Assembly: GCA_965198945.1 (NCBI GenBank)
Contig: CBDAQI010000013.1
Coordinates: forward strand, 160,001 to 224,000
Direction: 5' to 3'
From: Thermodesulfobacteriota bacterium
GTDB taxonomy: Bacteria > Desulfobacterota_D > UBA1144 > Nemesobacterales > Mycalebacteriaceae
DNA length: 64,000 bases
Both the position numbers and the translations under genes were made by a program. The notes beneath the pieces are model-generated. The model did no database searches. It was not told the origin of the DNA and saw nothing but the letters and a program-made list of their open reading frames with translations. This document shows, one piece after another, positions 58,947-64,000 of the stretch (position 1 is the first letter of the stretch; every line of letters starts with the position of its first letter).

Positions 58947-60393
58947 GTGTTGAAATTGGAAACAGACTTTTCTAGAGAAGAAACAGGTTCCTGTCTGCTG
59001 GACAGAATTGAGGGTCTGGACAAATACCTAAAGTCACACTTTGACAAAAATCTTCAGACGGACTCCAATCTCACACGGAAAATTGTCAGCTTTCAAGCAA
59101 ATAAAAAAAACCTCAATACCGTTGGTATAAATACAAAGAGGCTTTTTCTTCTGACTTGGTCGAGTATCTGCTTGAAAAGTATGAAGTGAATTCGGGAACT
59201 GTTTTTGACCCCTTTGCCGGAGCCGGCACGGCTTTGTTTACCGCTTCAGCGCTCGGTCTTGACGCGGACGGAATAGAACTGCCGCCTGTCGGACAAAAAA
59301 TAATTGAAGCCCGAAAAATTGCTCTCAAAGAAAAATCCAAAAAGCATCCGGTGGAAAGAATGAAGTGGTGGATAACAAACAAACCGTGGGAGCAAACAGA
59401 AAAAGACAAAGAGTTTTCCATACTGAGGATAACAAAAGGCGCATATCCCCAAGAGACCGAAAGACTTATAAAAAAGTATCTCGCGCTTCTGGAATCAGAG
59501 AAAGAGGAAACCGCCTCTCTTTTGTTGTTTTCTCTCCTTTGTGTGTTGGAATCGGTGAGCTATACAAGAAAAGACGGTCAGTATCTGAGATGGGATCATC
59601 GTTCCGGCAGAAAGGGATTTTGGAAGAAAATTTTTAACAAAGGAGCAACAGAACCCTTTACGAAGGCAGTCTGTGAAAAAATTGAGGAAATCATTTCCGA
59701 CTTGGAAAGACCGGACAAGAACCTTTCCCTCTTCCCTTCTGACAGCGAAACAAAACCTGAAAGAAAAGTTAACCTGCTTAAGGGTTCATGTCTGACTGTT
59801 ATGCCGACTTTAGACTCTGACCGCTACTCTGCAATTGTAACTTCACCCCCATACTGCAACCGCTATGACTACACCAGAACATACGCTCTGGAGCATGCAA
59901 TTCTGGGAGTTTCAGAAGATGAAAATCTGAATCTCAGACAATCAATTATTAGCTGAACTGTGGAAAACCGAGAAAAGGAAGTGCTTTCTATAAATCCTTC
60001 CTGGAGCAAATCAATGGAAATTTGCAACTCTCTGCCTTTGCTCTCAGAAATTCTTTCCTGTCTTGATACAATGAAAAAAATAAAAGGTTGAACAACAACG
60101 GCATCCCCAGAATGGTTAAGGGTTACTTTTACGAAATGGCTTGCGTAATTCAAGAATGTTTTAGAGTATTGAAAAAACACAGCCATATGTTCATGGTCAA
60201 CGACAATGTGCGTTATGCGGGAGCCTCAATCTCGGTTGATTTCATTCTCTCAAAAATTGCTGAAAACATCGGATTCAATGTTGAAAGCATACTTGTCCTG
60301 CCTCAAACAAAAGGAAACAGTTCACAACAGATGGGAACACACAGCAGAAATGCCCTCAGAAAGTGTGTCTATGTCTGGAGAAAAAACACTTGA
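58947..60393 (+). pseudogene. N4-cytosine DNA methyltransferase (AvaI/BsoBI-type system), disrupted
   Basis: FDPFAGAGT and TSPPY motifs spread over three frames; frameshift at A8 59103-59110, in-frame TGA 59954-59956, frameshift at A7 60074-60080. Confidence 0.85.
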
Positions 60394-61358
60394 CACAAAC
60401 CCATGGACATATTGCCGGCTATAAGTCACTTGTTACACCCCGTGAACAAATAAGGGCCGGCTTCCTGGCGATGGCTCTTGAAAAGAACCGGAGAGCAATC
60501 CCTTTTGTGGAAGAAGCAAAGGCTCTAAAGGCGTTGGCTTCAAAAGCCGTAAGCCCAAAAGAACTTATTGGGCTTACGGATATTCAAGTCCCCTTGCTGA
60601 CTGCGGCAGGCGTATCTGAAAAAGCTCTCAAGTACCTAACAGAAGAAGACAAAGAAAAAGCTATACTCAACTTGATTGAAAACTTTCTTGAACCCGCAGG
60701 CGCAAAGTTTTTGGACGAACTTCTTTACAGATTCTTACTGATACGAGGAGACACTCTGGGCGGTAAGATGAGAAACATCGCCGGGACACTCGGAGAATGG
60801 AAATTTATAAGAACTTTGATTTCAACATTGTCAATTCAATCAAAAAAATTCTATTATTTGGATAAAGAGAGCCGGGAGTGGGTTGTTGGTAATTTTGAAG
60901 ACGCTGAAATTGAACAAAGAACAAAGGGGCTCTTTTGGAATTTTAATGGCAAACCGAGAACACTCCTTTATAATTTGACCGTGCCCGCAATCAAGAAAAA
61001 TGTTGACCTTTGCCTTATGAGCTGCGAACCGGAAGACTTGACGGGAAAAGGAAGAACAAAATCTTCCCCCATTCACAATACTGAGAGTTATGTGGCTCTT
61101 GGCGAAATTAAGGGAGAATTTGACCCTGCCGGAGCGGATGAACACTTGAAAACCGCAAACTCCGCTCTTGGACGGATAAGAGCTGGCTTTGAAAAAAGCA
61201 GAGTTTTCCCTTTTACTTTTTTTGTTGGCGCGGCAATAGAAAAAGAGATGGCAAAAGAAATTTTTAATCAACTTCAAAAAGGAACTTTGACCAAGGCAAC
61301 GAACCTTACTGATGGGAACCAACTCGTTGCTTTGTGTCAATGGCTGACCAATATCTGA
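60390..61358 (+). CDS. AvaI/BsoBI-family type II restriction endonuclease
   Basis: RAGF..MALEKNR, RGDTLGGKMRN, KNVDLC, ALGEIKG..DPAGADEH.KTA; TTG overlapping the MTase stop. Confidence 0.82.
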   Translation: MTQTHGHIAGYKSLVTPREQIRAGFLAMALEKNRRAIPFVEEAKALKALASKAVSPKELIGLTDIQVPLLTAAGVSEKALKYLTEEDKEKAILNLIENFLEPAGAKFLDELLYRFLLIRGDTLGGKMRNIAGTLGEWKFIRTLISTLSIQSKKFYYLDKESREWVVGNFEDAEIEQRTKGLFWNFNGKPRTLLYNLTVPAIKKNVDLCLMSCEPEDLTGKGRTKSSPIHNTESYVALGEIKGEFDPAGADEHLKTANSALGRIRAGFEKSRVFPFTFFVGAAIEKEMAKEIFNQLQKGTLTKATNLTDGNQLVALCQWLTNI

Positions 61359-61368
61359 AGGTTTCACT

Positions 61369-62454
61369 ATGGCGTCACAAAAACTCATTAGTATCAATGA
61401 CTTCCACCGCAAAGCGAAAAAAAAACTTCCGCAGATGTTCTATGATTATTACGCGGCCGGAGCAAACGATGAAATCACACTTTCTGAAAATAGCGAGGCA
61501 TACAAACGTATAAAACTGAGATATAGAGTGATGGTTGACGTTTCGGAGCGGGATATGTCCGTAACAGTCTTCGGTAACAAAGTGTCAATGCCGATTCTTG
61601 TGGCCCCGACCGCTTTTCACGGACTGGCATCACCCGAGGCTGAATTTGCCACTGTCAAAGCCGCAAATAAAGCCGGAACTCTTATGATTCTCAGCACACT
61701 CTCAAATACAACGCTTGAGGATGTAAAAAAGGAGGCGGCAATTCCTCTCTTTTTCCAGCTTTATGTCTACAGAGACAGGAGCGCAACGGCCGAGCTTGTA
61801 AAAAGAGCCGAGGAAGCGGGCTACGGAGCCATTGTTGTTACGGTTGATGCCCCGATTCTGGGAACACGCGAGCGCGATGTGCATAATGACTTCCGGCTTC
61901 CCGAAGGGCTGACAATAAAAAACATGACGGCGGCTCAACTTGAAAGAATGAGCGAAGAAACGGGATCGGGTCTCGGCAACTACTTCGCCTCGTCAATAGA
62001 TCCTTCACTTTCTTGGAAAGATATTGAATGGCTGAAAGGAATAACAAAACTTCCCGTTCTCGTAAAGGGAGTAGTTCATCCCGAAGATGCCAAACTTGCC
62101 TTGAAAAATGGTGCGGACGGTGTTGTGGTCTCAAATCACGGAGGAAGACAGCTAGATACAAGCCCCGCCACAATAGAAGCGCTGCCCGATGTGGCGGAAG
62201 CCATGGACGGTGCGGGAACACTTTTTGTGGACGGAGGAATACGGCGAGGGACCGATATTTTCAAAGCGCTGGCCCTCGGAGCTGACGCAGTTCTCCTGGG
62301 AAGGCCTATTTTGTGGGGGCTTGCCGCGGACGGAGAAAAGGGAGCGGTTCAAATCCTTGAGATACTCAGAGCGGAATTTGATAAAGCGATGATGCTTTGC
62401 GGTTTTTGTTCAGTCAGCGAAATCAAGAAAAGGGGTAAAGAAATTCTGTTTTGA
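61369..62454 (+). CDS. FMN-dependent alpha-hydroxy acid oxidase/dehydrogenase
   Basis: FQLY, TVDAP..G.RERD, SNHGGRQLD, DGGIRRGTD. Confidence 0.93.
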   Translation: MASQKLISINDFHRKAKKKLPQMFYDYYAAGANDEITLSENSEAYKRIKLRYRVMVDVSERDMSVTVFGNKVSMPILVAPTAFHGLASPEAEFATVKAANKAGTLMILSTLSNTTLEDVKKEAAIPLFFQLYVYRDRSATAELVKRAEEAGYGAIVVTVDAPILGTRERDVHNDFRLPEGLTIKNMTAAQLERMSEETGSGLGNYFASSIDPSLSWKDIEWLKGITKLPVLVKGVVHPEDAKLALKNGADGVVVSNHGGRQLDTSPATIEALPDVAEAMDGAGTLFVDGGIRRGTDIFKALALGADAVLLGRPILWGLAADGEKGAVQILEILRAEFDKAMMLCGFCSVSEIKKRGKEILF

Positions 62455-62464
62455 AATCAGGGCT

Positions 62465-63664
62465 TTATATTCTATAGTGAGAATTGAGTTTTACATAATC
62501 AAGTGACAAATCGGACATCAGCACAAACCCCCTGCCCTTGCCTGCGGACAGACGGATTTTAATTGTAAACTCACTTTGCTTCATCATTTTTGCGGCTTTT
62601 TTCTCCACTCCGGCAATTTCCATACCGGCGCTCATAACTTTCAGTTTTCCGATAAAAATATCCATCTTTGCCGGGTTGAATTTGATCCCAGAACTTCCAA
62701 CCGCAGCGGCAACCCTTCCAAAGTTGGGATCTTCTCCAAACAAAGCGCATTTGACAAGGATTGATGAACCAACCGCCTTTGCCGCTTTATCAGCTTCTTT
62801 TGAATTTCCGGCTCCCTCAACCTCAACCCTTACGGCTTTTGTGGCACCTTCACCGTCCTCAACTATCATCCGCGCTATGTCAAAACATACTTGAGAAACC
62901 GTTTCCACAAATTTTTTGCCGTCCCCGCTTGAAGAGGAAAGCGCCCTGCCTCCGGCAGTTCCTCCGGAAAGAAAAAAGACTGAATCATTTGTTGACATAT
63001 CGCCGTCCACAATTATCCGGTTGAAAGACCGGTCGGCCGCCGTTCGGATGGTCTTTTCTGCAAAGGACCGCGTAATTTTTACATCCGTTAAAACAAAACA
63101 CAGCATGGTGGCCATGTCGGGAGCAATCATTCCGGCTCCCTTTCCAATAGCGCAAACGGTGGCTGTTTTCCCACCGATTTTAATTTTTTTTGAGGATATT
63201 TTCGCAAAACCGTCCGTTGTCATTATTGCCGCCGCCGCTTTCTCCGCCCCCTCGGATGAAAGTTGTGAGACAAGTCCGGGAACAGCTTTTGTTATTTTCT
63301 CTTCAGGGAACCCGCCGCCTATCAAACCCGTTGAAGAAGGTATGACAAGAGAAGGAGAAATTTTGAGGCTCCGCGCAAGAGCAAGAGTTGTTGATTTGGC
63401 CGCAAGTTCACCGTTTTTGCCGGTCATCGCATTTGCGTGTCCGCTGTTTATCAAAAGCGCCTGACAAAAGCCGTCGCTGACGCGCTCCATTCCCAGAATA
63501 ACGGGGGCGGCTTTAAGCCTGTTTGTCGTAAAAATTGCCGCCGTCACCGCGGGTTCTTCCGCATATATAAGCGCAAGGTCGGCCTTACGGTTTTTTTTAA
63601 TTCCGCAGGAAACGGAACTGAAAAGGAATCCCGGAACCGTAATTTTTATTTCGTTTTTCCTCAT
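62465..63664 (-). CDS. argJ: Ornithine acetyltransferase/N-acetylglutamate synthase
   Basis: IMTTD, KGAGMIAPDMATML, STND, DGEGATK, DLS.DYV..N. Confidence 0.96.
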   Translation of the reverse strand: MRKNEIKITVPGFLFSSVSCGIKKNRKADLALIYAEEPAVTAAIFTTNRLKAAPVILGMERVSDGFCQALLINSGHANAMTGKNGELAAKSTTLALARSLKISPSLVIPSSTGLIGGGFPEEKITKAVPGLVSQLSSEGAEKAAAAIMTTDGFAKISSKKIKIGGKTATVCAIGKGAGMIAPDMATMLCFVLTDVKITRSFAEKTIRTAADRSFNRIIVDGDMSTNDSVFFLSGGTAGGRALSSSSGDGKKFVETVSQVCFDIARMIVEDGEGATKAVRVEVEGAGNSKEADKAAKAVGSSILVKCALFGEDPNFGRVAAAVGSSGIKFNPAKMDIFIGKLKVMSAGMEIAGVEKKAAKMMKQSEFTIKIRLSAGKGRGFVLMSDLSLDYVKLNSHYRI

Positions 63665-63999
63665 CGGAACAACATATTCTCCAGAACCTTCGCAGATTTC
63701 AACACTTTTCCCGTCTGATACTGAAAGAAGGAATTAAAACAGATTACATTTTCCATTGCAAGGTCTCCCTTGATTACTTCGGCACAGTTGAACTTACGCG
63801 CGGATTTTTCGTGCGACTTGCCGGCGCACTCGCCGCACAAAAAAATACCGGCGGGAAAAACCAGAATTCCCCGCCCGGGATTTTGAAGCCCGCACCGGTC
63901 GCAGCCCTGAAATTCCATACCATACCCAAGACTCTCAAGCGCAGATTTCTGAAAATTCAAAAACGCCGCGGAACCGCTCCCGCGGCTCATTGCGGAAAG
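63661..63999 (-). CDS. recO: DNA repair protein RecO, C-terminal part (5' end outside window)
   Basis: L..LGY…C..CG…G..LC..C zinc finger and FFQYQ.G..LKS ending. Confidence 0.7.
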   Translation of the reverse strand, partial: LSAMSRGSGSAAFLNFQKSALESLGYGMEFQGCDRCGLQNPGRGILVFPAGIFLCGECAGKSHEKSARKFNCAEVIKGDLAMENVICFNSFFQYQTGKVLKSAKVLENMLFR

Positions 64000-64000
64000 A

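Noticed and set aside
59954..59956. TGA at a probable Cys position in the MTase as selenocysteine or recoding
   Set aside because: The gene also has two frameshifts, TGA is used as a stop throughout the window, and no convincing SECIS hairpin is visible.

Overview
Gene-dense bacterial chromosome segment from a compact diderm genome, with many 1-4 nt gene overlaps. Gene content and order resemble a Desulfobacterota/Dadabacteria-type lineage (inference only). In order it holds: purF (3' part), valS, the rpoC-rpoB-rplL-rplJ-rplA-rplK-nusG-secE-tRNA(Trp)-tuf-tRNA(Thr,Gly,Tyr,Thr) cluster, fabZ-skp-bamA-lolD-lolC/E-lysS, an MFS transporter, pyrC-pyrB-pyrR-lepB, rel-gmk, an ArsS-type arsenosugar radical-SAM cluster flanked by HAD phosphatases, ccdA, malic enzyme, a fused trehalose-6-P synthase/phosphatase, a split nuo operon around ftsK, pdxA-tatD-nrdR-glyA, uvrA, futalosine-pathway menaquinone genes, a BsoBI/AvaI-type R-M locus with a broken methyltransferase, an FMN alpha-hydroxy-acid oxidase, argJ and recO (3' part). 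I saw no rRNA, CRISPR array, IS element or prophage. The most unusual signals are in the core machinery: (1) RNAP beta carries an inserted domain that aligns by eye to the ribosomal L7/L12 C-terminal domain; (2) RNAP beta' carries a ~250-aa helical insert with a sigma-region-4-like HTH and a J-domain-like segment lacking HPD; (3) the first 356 codons of tuf contain almost no A-ending synonymous codons, and normal usage resumes abruptly near the 3' end; (4) known antibiotic-target positions are substituted in EF-Tu, L11 and RNAP. All domain calls are by-eye alignments and need profile or structure searches.
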